From contig CAVUWD010000016.1 in the NCBI GenBank assembly GCA_963745025.1, positions 864,001-928,000 of the forward strand: 64,000 nt of DNA. The letters are read 5' to 3'. Both the position numbers and the translations under genes were made by a program. The notes under the pieces were generated by a model that saw only the letters and a list, made by a program, of their open reading frames with translations, had not been told where the DNA came from and made no database searches. Shown here piece by piece: positions 9,600 to 19,902 of the stretch (position 1 is the stretch's first letter; the number at the start of each line of letters is the position of its first letter). This DNA comes from an uncultured delta proteobacterium (GTDB lineage: Bacteria > Desulfobacterota > Binatia > JACPRU01).

Positions 9600-10454
9600 A
9601 TGAAGACGAAACGACACCTGATGATACCTGCGACGCTGTGTGTGGTGGTCTTCGCGGTAACGATCGTCTCGGCTGAGAACCAGGCGGTGACGCGTCCGGA
9701 GCCTGCGGCAACCAAGGCTCCGGCGACGCAAGCGGCGGTCGAACCAGAGGCTAGGGATATCCTCGTGCGTATGGCCGAATTCCTGGCGAAGACCCCGCGG
9801 TTCAGCGTGAACATCAGGTCTAACTACGACGTGCTCCAAGAATCCGGGCAGATGATCGAATTCGCAGAAACCCGCAGCATCACCCTGAGCCGGCCCAACG
9901 GGCTGCGCGTCGAGGTCGAGCAGAGCGACGGCGACAAGCAGCTCGTGCTGTACGACGGCAAGCAAATCACCGCGTTCAGCTCGTCTCAGAACGTCTATGC
10001 GCAAGTTTCCAAACCCGGTGATATCGATTCGGCGGTCATGTATTTTGTAAAGGATCTCCACATGAGGCTGCCGCTCGCCGGGATCGTGCTCAGCCGGTTT
10101 CCTGCCGAGATCGAGCGCCGAACTCGGTCGCTCGACTATGTCGAAAGGACTTTGATGGATGGGAAACCGGCCCATCATCTGGCGGGACGCACCGCGACCG
10201 TGGACTATCAGTTTTGGATCGCGGACGGTCCGCAGCCTTTGTTGCTTCGTGCGGTCTTGACCTACAAGAATGCAGAAGGCGACCCCCAGTTCCGGGCCCA
10301 GCTCTCCGACTGGAACCTTGCGCCCGAGATTCGGGACACCGAGTTTGTCTTCGCCCCCCCCCAAGGAGTGCGGAAAATCGCCTTCGTCGCGCAGCTGCCT
10401 CAAACAGCCTCCGACAAGACGACAGAGGCGGAGAAAACCGGAGCGCAGAAATGA
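9600..10454 (+). CDS. DUF2092 periplasmic protein (LolA-like fold)
   Basis: Signal peptide; RPNGLRVE...YDGKQIT...HHLAGR..VDYQFWI..GPQPL...WNL pattern. Confidence 0.85.
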   Translation: MKTKRHLMIPATLCVVVFAVTIVSAENQAVTRPEPAATKAPATQAAVEPEARDILVRMAEFLAKTPRFSVNIRSNYDVLQESGQMIEFAETRSITLSRPNGLRVEVEQSDGDKQLVLYDGKQITAFSSSQNVYAQVSKPGDIDSAVMYFVKDLHMRLPLAGIVLSRFPAEIERRTRSLDYVERTLMDGKPAHHLAGRTATVDYQFWIADGPQPLLLRAVLTYKNAEGDPQFRAQLSDWNLAPEIRDTEFVFAPPQGVRKIAFVAQLPQTASDKTTEAEKTGAQK

Positions 10455-11233
10455 CCACCAGAGCTTCTTTGATCGTGACCGCGATTGCGGTCACATTGCT
10501 TTTCCTGATGGGAACCGTGAATGACGCAAGCGCTCGCGGAGGCGGCGGTGGTCGGGGCGGCGGTGGCCGAAGCGGGGGCGGTGGCGGGGGTGGCGGTTAT
10601 TCTCGCAGCGGCCCCGCCTCGAGCGGCAGCCTCTCGTCCAGCGCGAGCTCGGCCTCCTCGCAAAGGTCGGCGCAGCGCTCTCAGACTGCGTCCGCTAACC
10701 AGCAAGCGCGATCGTCCGACCGACAACAACAGCAACAATCGATGCAGCAGGGCCGACAAGAGCAGCAACAGCAAGCCCAGCAGGCGCGCTCGGAGCAGCA
10801 GCAGGACCGCCAGTCGACCTCTTCTCAGAATCAGGCGCAGCGGCAGCAATACTCGAATGAAAACGCCGAAGCCCGCCAGCAGACCGCCAACGAACGGCAG
10901 GACAATCGGCAAGATTACGCGGAGGACCACTATCACGGCGGGGCGTACTATCATGATTACGACGACGACTGGGACGATGGCGAAGTCGCGGCCGTGGCGC
11001 TCGGCGCAGCGGCGGTCGGCGCCGTGGGCGGCTATGCCGCCGGCCAGTCATCGGCCACTCAGACCACGACCTCGACGGTCGCTTACGTGCAGGACTCCGC
11101 CCTGCCCTGCAGCAATCCAAACGTGACCGAAATCCAGGGCGTCACCTACTATCAGTGCGGCTCCACCTGGTACACCCAGGCTTACGGAAACACCGGTGTC
11201 ATTTACATGCCCGTACCCCGGCCTTCGGAATAA
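10451..11233 (+). CDS. Secreted Gly/Ser/Gln-rich protein with C-terminal YYQCGSTWY domain (DUF6515-like)
   Basis: ATGA overlap with the DUF2092 gene; signal peptide, RGG tract, poly-Gln region, short hydrophobic Gly/Ala segment, two-Cys C-terminal domain. Confidence 0.75.
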   Translation: MTTRASLIVTAIAVTLLFLMGTVNDASARGGGGGRGGGGRSGGGGGGGGYSRSGPASSGSLSSSASSASSQRSAQRSQTASANQQARSSDRQQQQQSMQQGRQEQQQQAQQARSEQQQDRQSTSSQNQAQRQQYSNENAEARQQTANERQDNRQDYAEDHYHGGAYYHDYDDDWDDGEVAAVALGAAAVGAVGGYAAGQSSATQTTTSTVAYVQDSALPCSNPNVTEIQGVTYYQCGSTWYTQAYGNTGVIYMPVPRPSE

Positions 11234-11570
11234 TTGCGCGGTGGTACAGGGTCGGGTGATCCCTCCCTTCTCTGGAAGAGTGGTCGAAGGCCGGTTCACT
11301 GCTGATGCCGCGCGCGGGGTTCGCTCTTGCATCTTGATCAGAATCCAAGAAGCAAGACGCTGGAAAATCTGGGCATTCGATGGCCGACGGCGTCGTCGGC
11401 GTAGACCTGCCGCCCGATGGCATCGATCGCCACGATCCCCACGGGGACGCCCTCGACGAGCGTTGCGGGGAGATGTCTACCGAGGCGCAGCCCGGCCTGA
11501 AACGAGTCGCGCCGGAGAGTAGGAGTTCCTGGAGGCGCATCCCAGGGCTCCCTGCTCCCCGGCGCGGGGG

Positions 11571-12521
11571 TCACTTCTTGATTTTCAAGCTCATCCCAGA
11601 AGCGGCCAACGCGAATTTCAAGCCTTGGGTCGTGGACAGAATGTTTATGACCACGCCGTTCTGGTTCTGCATGGCGGTCGCGGAGCCACCTCCCGCTATC
11701 GTGATTCCGGCGGTCGCGGCTGTGTAGTTGCCGTCGAAGTCAGCAAGCTTGCCCAGGTGGTAGACGCTGCCAGACGCCTCTATCTTGGAAGCGCCCACGT
11801 CCGCGATGGAGAGACCCGACAGCTCGACCGGGTAGGTTTTGCCGTTATAGGTAAGAGTGCCTCCACCCCACGTGTACCCGATTCCGACGGCCACAGAGCC
11901 GCCGCTCAGTTCGAGCGTCGCATCGGGGCTGTTCGCGTCGGTCACGGAGATTGCCAGCGCGCGGGTATAGGTGATCTGGACCTGGTCGCCGACGCTGACG
12001 GCGTCGAGCTTCTTCGGGTCCCTGATCTTCACGCTGACCTTGTTGCCTTCGGGCCCCTTCAACGTGACCCTCGAGTTGGCCTTGTCGATCGCGTCGATCG
12101 TCGCCGTCGCGGACGTGACCTCGGCGACAGCGCCGCCTGGCTTCTCGCCAGCCTTCGCTCTCTCGGCAGCCACCACGTTTTTCGCGGGCGGCATTTCCGT
12201 CCCAGCTTTGTACACGTCGGCGGCGATCGCCTCGTGATACGTCGCCACCACCCGGTCGCCCTTCTTGAGCTGCGGCAAGTTCCGCACCTCCTTGGAAACC
12301 GCGAGCTCGGTGACCGTTCCGTTCTCGCCCTTCAGGGTGACGATCCTCTTCTCGAGGTCGACTGCCTCGACTGTCGACGTCACGGTGACGGTTCCGGACA
12401 CTTTCCCGCTGGTGACGTAGCCCGACGACGCTGGCTCCTCCGCGATCGCCTTGGCCGCGAACCCGGCGACCGCAGCGACGATGGCCGCCAGTGCGACGCT
12501 CCTTCCGATCGTTATCTTCAT
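11571..12521 (-). CDS. Secreted protein with two OB-fold-like repeats and a C-terminal DUF1134/EipA-like domain
   Basis: Signal peptide; two TVEAVD..RxVTLKG..G...xVGD.V..TY repeats; C-terminal GIGYTWGGGTL...DFDGNY...NQNGV. Strong GAGGAGG RBS. Confidence 0.75.
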   Translation of the reverse strand: MKITIGRSVALAAIVAAVAGFAAKAIAEEPASSGYVTSGKVSGTVTVTSTVEAVDLEKRIVTLKGENGTVTELAVSKEVRNLPQLKKGDRVVATYHEAIAADVYKAGTEMPPAKNVVAAERAKAGEKPGGAVAEVTSATATIDAIDKANSRVTLKGPEGNKVSVKIRDPKKLDAVSVGDQVQITYTRALAISVTDANSPDATLELSGGSVAVGIGYTWGGGTLTYNGKTYPVELSGLSIADVGASKIEASGSVYHLGKLADFDGNYTAATAGITIAGGGSATAMQNQNGVVINILSTTQGLKFALAASGMSLKIKK

Positions 12522-12743
12522 TCGTTTCCTCCTCGTGAGCTGAGTGGATTCTCGCTCGTTGCTCCCCGGTTACTATCGGTTCTCATGAAATCTTCAACTG
12601 GGCATCCGGGGAGGACCGAAGCAAAAGCGGAATCGTGCAACGCCGCCGCGACCTTCCGGCCGGTGCCCGGTGCGACTCGATCGGTCTTCGCGAGCGTCGG
12701 CGGCCGGGTTCGAGGGTGCCCCAGGGAGCCTCGAAAGGGGTGG

Positions 12744-12764
12744 ATTGTCCCACCGTGGGACAAT
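12744..12764. promoter_or_regulatory. Perfect palindrome ATTGTCCCAC-C-GTGGGACAAT, candidate operator or enhancer
   Basis: 10-bp perfect inverted repeat with a 1-nt spacer, ~220 bp upstream of the start at 12521. Confidence 0.5.
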
Positions 12765-12886
12765 TTAGGGTGCCCACCCAGCCCTTTAGCCTGTGTTAGG
12801 TCGCGCGGCTTACCCCGGGGAACATGCGTGTCCACAAAGGCGACTCAGAAAGCAACGAAAACAAGCTTGCCGTGCTCGAGGTCGCC

Positions 12887-13213
12887 GAGCAGTTCTCGCG
12901 GTGTGACGTTCCCTCTCGCCGAGGGCGAGACGGCGATCGCCGCCACGTGCGAGCTCGGCTACCACACGCTGCCCCTGCGCGACGCCGGCCTGCCGCACAC
13001 GGCCGAGGCGCGATGTGCAAGTGGCGGGGCTCGAAGACGGCGGTCGACGTCATCCACCAGTGTCTACTGACACACGGCCACTACGGCTGGTCGCTGGATC
13101 CTCCTCACCAGCAGCGGCTTCGCGACGTCATGGGCATCGAGATCGGCGACGGCACGGCGCAGATCATGAAGATGATCATCGCGCGGAGCCGCCTCGCGGC
13201 GGCCGGATCGTGA
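12887..13213 (+). pseudogene. 3' remnant of an acyl-CoA dehydrogenase (cyclohexanecarboxyl-CoA dehydrogenase-like)
   Basis: GVTFPLAEGET...LRDAGLPHTAE / MCKW...IHQCLLTHGHYGW...LRDVMGIEIGDGTAQIMK across frameshifts. No 5' part. Confidence 0.8.
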
Positions 13214-13490
13214 GCATGGGAGCGGGCGCGGCTCCAGTGTCGGGCCGACGCGCCCCGTGTAGTCTGTCATCGCCGCCGGGGCTGGTCCTTTCGCTGCGGG
13301 CCAGATAAGCTCCGGCGAACACCGATTCCAGCTACGGCCTACGGGGCCGCGAGGATGGCGCGGCTCGGGCCCGTGAGGCCTGAAGTCCGGAGCCCGACGT
13401 CTGAAGTCGTCGGCCGCGCCACGATAACTTGCTTCATTCGTTGAAGTTGGTTACGGAAGAAGTCCGACAATCAGGACGAAAGGACGCGCC

Positions 13491-14129
13491 ATGCGCCGGT
13501 ACGCCGTGGAATTCATCGGGACGTTCTTTCTCGTGTTGACAATCGGCTGCACGGGGCTCGCAGCGGCTCCGGGCGTGATTGCTCCGCTGGCCATAGGGTC
13601 CGTGCTGATGGCGATGATCTACGCGGGCGGCCACATCTCGGGCGCCCATTACAACCCGGCAGTCACGCTCGGGGTGTTCCTGCGGGGGCGGTGTCCTGCC
13701 TCGGACGTGCTGCCATACTGGGGGGCGCAACTGCTCGGTGCCGCCGGTGCGGCCTGGATCGTCGGCTTCGCCCTTCGGGGCGCGCCGGTGAGTCCATTCC
13801 ATGCCCCCGTATTTGGGGCGTTTCTGGCCGAGTTCCTTTTCACGTTTGCGCTGGTGTACGTCGTGTTGAACGTGGCCACGGCCGACGCAACAGACGGGAA
13901 TTCCTACTTCGGTCTCGCTATCGGCTTCACGGTCCTGGCTGGCGCATTCGCCGTCGGCCAGGTGTCGGGAGCGGCCTTCAACCCGGCCGTCGCCATCGGC
14001 GCCTCGATCCGGGGCCTGCTCCCGTGGTCCAACTTGTGGCTCTACATCGTTGCGGAACTGCTGGGAGGGGCCGCGGCGGCGTTCGTCTTCAAAGCGCTCA
14101 ACCCAACCAGCCGGCCCGGGACCGCATAG
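13491..14129 (+). CDS. MIP family channel (aquaporin Z-like)
   Basis: Two NPA motifs (SGAHYNPAVT, GAAFNPAVA). Confidence 0.95.
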   Translation: MRRYAVEFIGTFFLVLTIGCTGLAAAPGVIAPLAIGSVLMAMIYAGGHISGAHYNPAVTLGVFLRGRCPASDVLPYWGAQLLGAAGAAWIVGFALRGAPVSPFHAPVFGAFLAEFLFTFALVYVVLNVATADATDGNSYFGLAIGFTVLAGAFAVGQVSGAAFNPAVAIGASIRGLLPWSNLWLYIVAELLGGAAAAFVFKALNPTSRPGTA

Positions 14130-14256
14130 TACCGGGCAGCAGCCCGGCAAGTCCCGGGGGGGCAGCATTGCCGGCAAAGCGGGCGTAGAGCGGTAGAGTG
14201 GCGGTGCTGGTGTGGGAGATCCGGCCCACCAAGCGCAACTGCCTGCGGCTCTACTA

Positions 14257-14809
14257 CTACTTCATGGACCGCCAGCTCGGTCGAATCCACGTGAAGATCC
14301 AGACCTGGTTCCCGTTCCCGATCCAGGTCCATCGGAGCTCGTGAACGTCCGCCATCATCGGCCGTGACAGAATCGTGACAATGACGAGCGCGAGTATGAT
14401 CAGCCAGGGAACCCAATGTTCGCGCAGACGAGCCACATCGCGACGCACCGCTTCGTAGCGCGACCGTGCCGATTCGTCGAGGAGACCGACGTGATGAAGT
14501 ACGGAATGACGCGGTTCAGCATCGTCTGGGTCGTCGCATCCGCGATCACCAGCAGCGAGATCGCGACGAGACTACGCACGTGCACCCCGAAGTGCTCGAA
14601 GAGCGGCTCGGCGACGGTGTAACCGAGGGCCCGACCCGTTGCAATCGCCCAGACGACCAGCGGCAACCAGCTGATCCCGCGATCAGAACCGCCCGCCGGA
14701 CGACTCCGAGCCCACCGTAATGCCCGACCGCCCGCTGCAGCCGGAACAGCGGGTCCCCGCGAATCAGGAAAAAGGCCAAGGGCGCGTCGTCGTGATTCGG
14801 TTCACCATT
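14257..14809 (-). pseudogene. Degraded membrane protein gene
   Basis: Three short hydrophobic frames in succession (FFLIRGDPLFRLQRAVG; PLVVWA...HFGVHVRSLVAI; WLIILALVIV) broken by frameshifts and truncated. Confidence 0.55.
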
Positions 14810-14882
14810 CCCGTTCGGCTTGCCGATCGAAGCGCTCCGGTGCTAGCAGGTTTCGTACGACCGATCCAAACGGGAGGATCCC

Positions 14883-15458
14883 ATGGGCGAGCCACGTCCG
14901 GCCTTCGCTAGCATCACTCAGGGAAGTCACGTTCTTGGCCTCTCGTTGATCGGCCTGGGCATCCTCTCGGCTCTCGCGCCCGCGATCGCCGGCGCGCCCA
15001 TGATCATCTTGGTGGGGCTGCTGGTCACCATCGCGGGCATAGTCCGCGGCGTGTTCGGCTGGCGCGCCTGGTCGGAAGGCAAGGGACCGATGGGTCTCGT
15101 GGTCGGAGGCCTTGCCATCGCCTGCGGGCTCGCTCTCGCTTTCAACCCGGTATCGACGCTCGGCGCGGTGTCTTCGCTGGTGGCGGTTTACATGGTCGTG
15201 GACGGGATCTCCGAGCTACTGTTTTCATTGCGGCTCGATGAAAGCGAGGGGCGCGCCTGGATGCTGGGCGATGCGCTGCTGTCCGTCGGCCTCGGCATCT
15301 CGATGTGGGTCGGCTGGCCGCTCTCGGGCCTGCGTGCGCTCGGGATCCTCATCGGTGTGAAGCTCGCATCCGCTGGCGTGGTCTTGCTCAGGGTCGAGCA
15401 GGCCATGCGGCGTCTCGGTGCGGGCGTCGCCGCGCTCCGCTCGCGCGCGGGGGGCTAG
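14883..15458 (+). CDS. HdeD/DUF308 family membrane protein
   Basis: 191 aa, six TM segments, WxGWPLSG...LGILIG C-terminal pattern. Confidence 0.85.
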   Translation: MGEPRPAFASITQGSHVLGLSLIGLGILSALAPAIAGAPMIILVGLLVTIAGIVRGVFGWRAWSEGKGPMGLVVGGLAIACGLALAFNPVSTLGAVSSLVAVYMVVDGISELLFSLRLDESEGRAWMLGDALLSVGLGISMWVGWPLSGLRALGILIGVKLASAGVVLLRVEQAMRRLGAGVAALRSRAGG

Positions 15459-15619
15459 CGATTCCACGGGACGACTGGCCTTTCCCTCGTCAATTCGGTG
15501 CGGCGCTGAGTGATGCGCCATAGCATCGAAGTTCGACTGCCCAACTGCCCGGACAATGAGATCTTACGATTTTCCCAGCAGTTGACAGACGAGACCCCGC
15601 GCATGGAATTATCGCCGCC

Positions 15620-16987
15620 GTGTGCGCTCTGGTCGCCGTCGTGGCCCAGGCGGTCGCGGCGGATGAGCCCGTCGAAGCGACTCCGACGCCGGTCGTCGAT
15701 GCGCCGCCCGTCAAAGCCGAGGCGGAGCTCGAGGAGCATCGCGCGCAGCCCGAGAGCGCCGAGGAGGAGGCGGCGGGGAATGCGAGCCCGTCCGGCCCTT
15801 TTGACTTTCGGGTCTACTGGAAACATGGGCTCAACTACGTAGCCCTCCGGCGCGTCCACCTCGAGAGGATAAAAAGGCCCGCCCTCGATGGAACGGTGGG
15901 ACTGAACGGTCGCATCGGGGTCAAGCTCGGTGTCGACACCGCGGGGTACCTCGAGCACGGCTCGCTGCCGGAGCTCGGCACGCGATTCAACCTGCGCCGC
16001 ATCTTCCTCTATACCACCGGCGAGTTCCATCTGCTGTTGCCGATTCTCTTCAAGTTCGATCTCGGCGGCATCGGCGATTCGCTCTATTTCAGCGATTTCT
16101 ACCTCTGGCTTCAGGACGTGCCGTACGTGGGCACGATCAAGCTCGGCCAGTTCGATGCGCCGATGTCGCTCGAGACTCTGACCGGCAGCACCAACCAGAC
16201 CTTCATGGAGTACGGCTCGCCCGTCGAAGCGTTCTCCCCGGGCCTGAAGGCCGGCTTGCAGATCGCCGATCATGCGCGCAACCAGCGGGCGACGTGGGCG
16301 CTCGGGCTCTTCACGGAGGGTCAGCAGGTCGACGTCGGCGATGCGAGCCAGACCGTCGCCCGCCTCACCGGGCGGGCCACCTGGTTGGCGCGCCAGCCGC
16401 GCGACGCGGACGACGTGCTGCTGCACTTCGGTGTCAGCGCGAGCTACGTGCTCTCGTCGGGCGATCGTATCCGCTACAGCTCGCGCCCGGAGAGCTTCCT
16501 CGCGCCGAAGGTCGTCGACACCGGGGACCTCGATACCAACAACGCGTTTCCGTTCGGATTCGAGCTCGCCGCCAAGCGCGGCCCGCTGACGATTCAGGCC
16601 GAGTACCTCGCGTCGGTCGTCGATGCCGGTTCCCTCGGGAATGCTTACTTCGACGGCGTCTACGGCTCGGCGAGCTGGTTCCTCACCGGCGAGCAGCGCG
16701 CTTACGACATGGCCACCGGCAAGATGGGTCCACTGGTGCCGGCGAGCGACGTCAGTCTCCGCAAGCGCCAATGGGGCGCCTGGGAACTCGCGGGGCGGGC
16801 GTCTTGGGTCGACCTCACCGACGGGCAGATCCGCGGCGGCGCCATGACCATCTTCACCGCCGGGATCAACTGGTACTGGAACCGTTACATCCGCGTCCTG
16901 TTCGACTCGAGCTACGCGCGCGTCTACGACAGCCCCAACGACGGCCACATGGTGATCCTGCAGAGCCGGTTCCAGCTCGCGTTCTGA
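15620..16987 (+). CDS. OprO/OprP-type porin
   Basis: KLGQF..PMSLE, SWFLTGEQR.Y, GAWELAGR, T.GINWY and terminal FQLAF. Start uncertain. Confidence 0.85.
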   Translation: MCALVAVVAQAVAADEPVEATPTPVVDAPPVKAEAELEEHRAQPESAEEEAAGNASPSGPFDFRVYWKHGLNYVALRRVHLERIKRPALDGTVGLNGRIGVKLGVDTAGYLEHGSLPELGTRFNLRRIFLYTTGEFHLLLPILFKFDLGGIGDSLYFSDFYLWLQDVPYVGTIKLGQFDAPMSLETLTGSTNQTFMEYGSPVEAFSPGLKAGLQIADHARNQRATWALGLFTEGQQVDVGDASQTVARLTGRATWLARQPRDADDVLLHFGVSASYVLSSGDRIRYSSRPESFLAPKVVDTGDLDTNNAFPFGFELAAKRGPLTIQAEYLASVVDAGSLGNAYFDGVYGSASWFLTGEQRAYDMATGKMGPLVPASDVSLRKRQWGAWELAGRASWVDLTDGQIRGGAMTIFTAGINWYWNRYIRVLFDSSYARVYDSPNDGHMVILQSRFQLAF

Positions 16988-17131
16988 CGCGCCGCGCTCG
17001 GCGGATCGCCGGTAAACCGCGAAGGGCTGAAATCTACAAAACCTCCGGTCTCGGACGCATCAGCTCCCGCTCTGACGCCCAATTCGACCGCGTGGCGGCG
17101 AGCGCGGAACGACCGCCGGCTGCCGCCGTGC

Positions 17132-18754
17132 TCAGAAGGACAGCTCGAGGTTGGCGCTGAAGATCGACCCGGTCCCACCGACCACCTGGGGGACGGCCGT
17201 GTAGCCGATCGGCGACTTGTAGTCGTAAATGTACTCGAGGTTCAACCGTACCTCGCGGCGCTGGAAGAGCCACCAGTTGGCACCGGCGGCGATCTCCCAG
17301 GGTTCGCCGAACTCGCCGAAGACCGCCGATCCCGTCGTGTAGAGCTGAAGCGTCTTCGGGACGGCCATCGCCGAGGCCAGGACCTGGAATCCGTGATCGA
17401 ACGTGTGGTCGATCGGCAGGGGCCCGTCGGCCTTGAAGTCGTTCAACCAGCGCAGGTAGTACTCGCCCTCGAGCGCGAAGCCGCGGTATTTCAGGCCGGC
17501 GTCGAAGGCGGTCATGTAGTAGTCCACGTCGCTCACCGCCACGCCTGGGGCCAGGGCGCCCGGTGTGAAGATGATGGTGCCGTTCGACAGCCGGATCTGC
17601 GTGTTGTCGATGTCTTCGGTGTTCGGCTGTGACTGCCGGTCCTCCGGGCTGAAGGTGAAGTGCACGCCGAGCCGCGTGGCGACGTCCTCATGCTCCTCGT
17701 AGTCGCCGAATCCGGAGCGAGGTCCGAACTCGCCCGTCGTCGGCATCCACCAGACTGCCGTCGAGGTGGTGGTGAGATCCTGGTCCAGCTGCCCGGCGTC
17801 CACGCCGAGGATGCTCAGGTTGTTCGACAGCATCGTGTAGTAGGCGACGCCCGGAAGCGGGTTGCCCATGGCGAAGAAACCGGAAGCGTACGATCCGCGG
17901 AAGAACTCGTCGGCGATGGTGCGATGATCGACGGTGAGCCAGTACGGGAAGTTGCCCGACGTGGAGCGCGTCGTCGGCAACGACAGGATGCCGGCGCCGA
18001 CCATGAGAGACTTGTCGAAGACGTATTTCAGGTTGCCGCCGACGACGACCTGTGCGCCCTGTCCCTGGGCGGCGTTGTTGGTCCACACGTAGAGGACGTA
18101 CTCGAACTTCGGGTCGAGCATCCAGCCTCGGAACTCGATCTTCACCTTGTTGAGCTCGACGTCTTCGCGCTTGTCGATCTTGACGGTCTCTCCCAAGCCG
18201 TTCACGTAGGTGTCGTCGAGGCCCTTCTGGTTCAGGTAGCGGACGTACGTGTAGATCCCGAAGCGCACTTCGCCCCACTCGTTTGCTGCCAGCGTGAAGC
18301 CGCGCCCGGGGTAGTAGCTGCCGATCTTGCTCGTAGGCCGACGCTCGGCTCCATAGCCAAACGGCTTGTCGGACGGCTTGTCGGGCTCCATCTCCCCCAC
18401 GGGCGACTCGGCGATCTCCCGGGGAGCCGGCTCCGGCGTGGCGGCAGGGGCAGGCGCCGCGACCTCGGCCGGAGTGGCCGTGATCGCCGGAACCCCGCCG
18501 GTGACCTGCTTCTCCTTCAGCTCGCGGACCTCGGACTGCAGCTCGTCGATCTGCGTGTCCTTGCCCCGGAGCTGTTCCTGGAGCTCGCGTTGGCTCCTCT
18601 CGAGCTGCTCCAGGCGTTGGAGGATCTCCGCCTGCGACGGGGTCTGGGCAACCGAGCGGGTGGGCAGCGCGGATACGAGGAGGGTGGTTGCCAACGACCC
18701 GACGACCAAGCCGGTCATCCCGCGCGCGCGTTCCATGGAAGTTGGCGAGTTCAT
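17132..18754 (-). CDS. Outer-membrane porin-like protein with N-terminal coiled coil
   Basis: Signal peptide, heptad region, Pro/Ala linker, beta-rich body, terminal LELSF. Start uncertain. Confidence 0.75.
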   Translation of the reverse strand: MNSPTSMERARGMTGLVVGSLATTLLVSALPTRSVAQTPSQAEILQRLEQLERSQRELQEQLRGKDTQIDELQSEVRELKEKQVTGGVPAITATPAEVAAPAPAATPEPAPREIAESPVGEMEPDKPSDKPFGYGAERRPTSKIGSYYPGRGFTLAANEWGEVRFGIYTYVRYLNQKGLDDTYVNGLGETVKIDKREDVELNKVKIEFRGWMLDPKFEYVLYVWTNNAAQGQGAQVVVGGNLKYVFDKSLMVGAGILSLPTTRSTSGNFPYWLTVDHRTIADEFFRGSYASGFFAMGNPLPGVAYYTMLSNNLSILGVDAGQLDQDLTTTSTAVWWMPTTGEFGPRSGFGDYEEHEDVATRLGVHFTFSPEDRQSQPNTEDIDNTQIRLSNGTIIFTPGALAPGVAVSDVDYYMTAFDAGLKYRGFALEGEYYLRWLNDFKADGPLPIDHTFDHGFQVLASAMAVPKTLQLYTTGSAVFGEFGEPWEIAAGANWWLFQRREVRLNLEYIYDYKSPIGYTAVPQVVGGTGSIFSANLELSF

Positions 18755-18805
18755 ACGTGCGGAGTCGATGTCGTCGACAGGTAAGCTCGCCTCCCGACCA
18801 AGCAT

Positions 18806-19902
18806 CTACTCGGGGTTGGGACCGAAGATGTCCACGCCGAGCTTGCCCGAGATGTAGCGAATCGCCTTCAGCGCGCGCACGCTGTTTCCCGCCTCGTTGA
18901 GGCGAGGCGAGAAGGCGGCGATGGCAAGTCGTCCGGGCACGACGGACACGATGCCGCCGCCGACGCCGGTCTTCGACGGCAGCCCCGCTTCGAACGACCA
19001 CAGGCCGGACTCGTCGTAGAAACCCGCCGTCAGCATGATCGACAGCAGCTCGGGGACGCTCGCCTCGTCGAGCAAGCGCTTGCCGGTCTTCGGGTTCGCC
19101 CCCCGGTTAGCGAGCGTGGCCCCCATCATCGCGAGCTCCTTGGTGCTGACGCCGACCGAGCACTCCTTCGTGTAGACTCGCAGTGCCTCCTCGGGATCCG
19201 AGTACAGTCGCTCGTAGTTGAAGAGCAGGTTCGCGATTCCACGGTTGCTCCATGAAGTCTCGTATTCGGATTTGAAGACTTCGTCCAAAAGCGGCAAGTC
19301 GGCGCCGCCGGCGAAGTCTCTCATGTTGGTCAGGACCTTCTGCCAGCGATCGTCCTCGCTGCTCGCCTTGACGAGGCTCACCGCGGCAATGGCGCCGGCA
19401 TTGACCAGCGGGTTGACGGACCGGCCCTTGTAGATCTCGAGCGCCATCTTGGAGTTGAACGGCAAACCCGTGGGCTCCACCCCGATCTTGTCGGCGATCA
19501 CCTGCGGCCCGCCGTATTGCTGCATGACGAGGGCCGCAGTGAAGGGTTTGGCAACGGACTCGATGGCGAACCGGTAGTCGGCGTCGCCCGCGCTATAGAG
19601 CGTGCCGTCTCGCGTCGCGATGACCACGCCGAAGAGCTCCGACGGGATCGTCTTCAGGATCGGTATGTAGTCCGCGTTCTTGCCGTCCTTCACGTCTTTG
19701 AACTTGGCATGTGCCTCCGTCACGACTTTCTGCAATTGCTCGGCGTCGAGCATCGCGACGGCCTCGCCCTCGCCCTTGGCGTGTGCGGCCGAGCAGAAAG
19801 CCAACACGACGGCGGCAACCATCGACAGAGCCGCCAACGATTTCGAATCCGAGATCTCTCGTCTGCTCATTGTCTTCTCCTCCAGGATGGTGGTGTCGCT
19901 CA
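18806..19902 (-). CDS. glsA: Glutaminase A with predicted signal peptide
   Basis: NADYIP, IESVAK (SxxK), GVEPTGLPFNS, NPLVNAGAI, PSKTGVGGGI, FSPRLNEAGNS. Alternative start at 19870. Confidence 0.95.

Noticed and set aside
11334-11347. TTGATCAGAATCCA near-FNR box
   Set aside because: One mismatch, and it lies between convergent genes where no promoter is expected.
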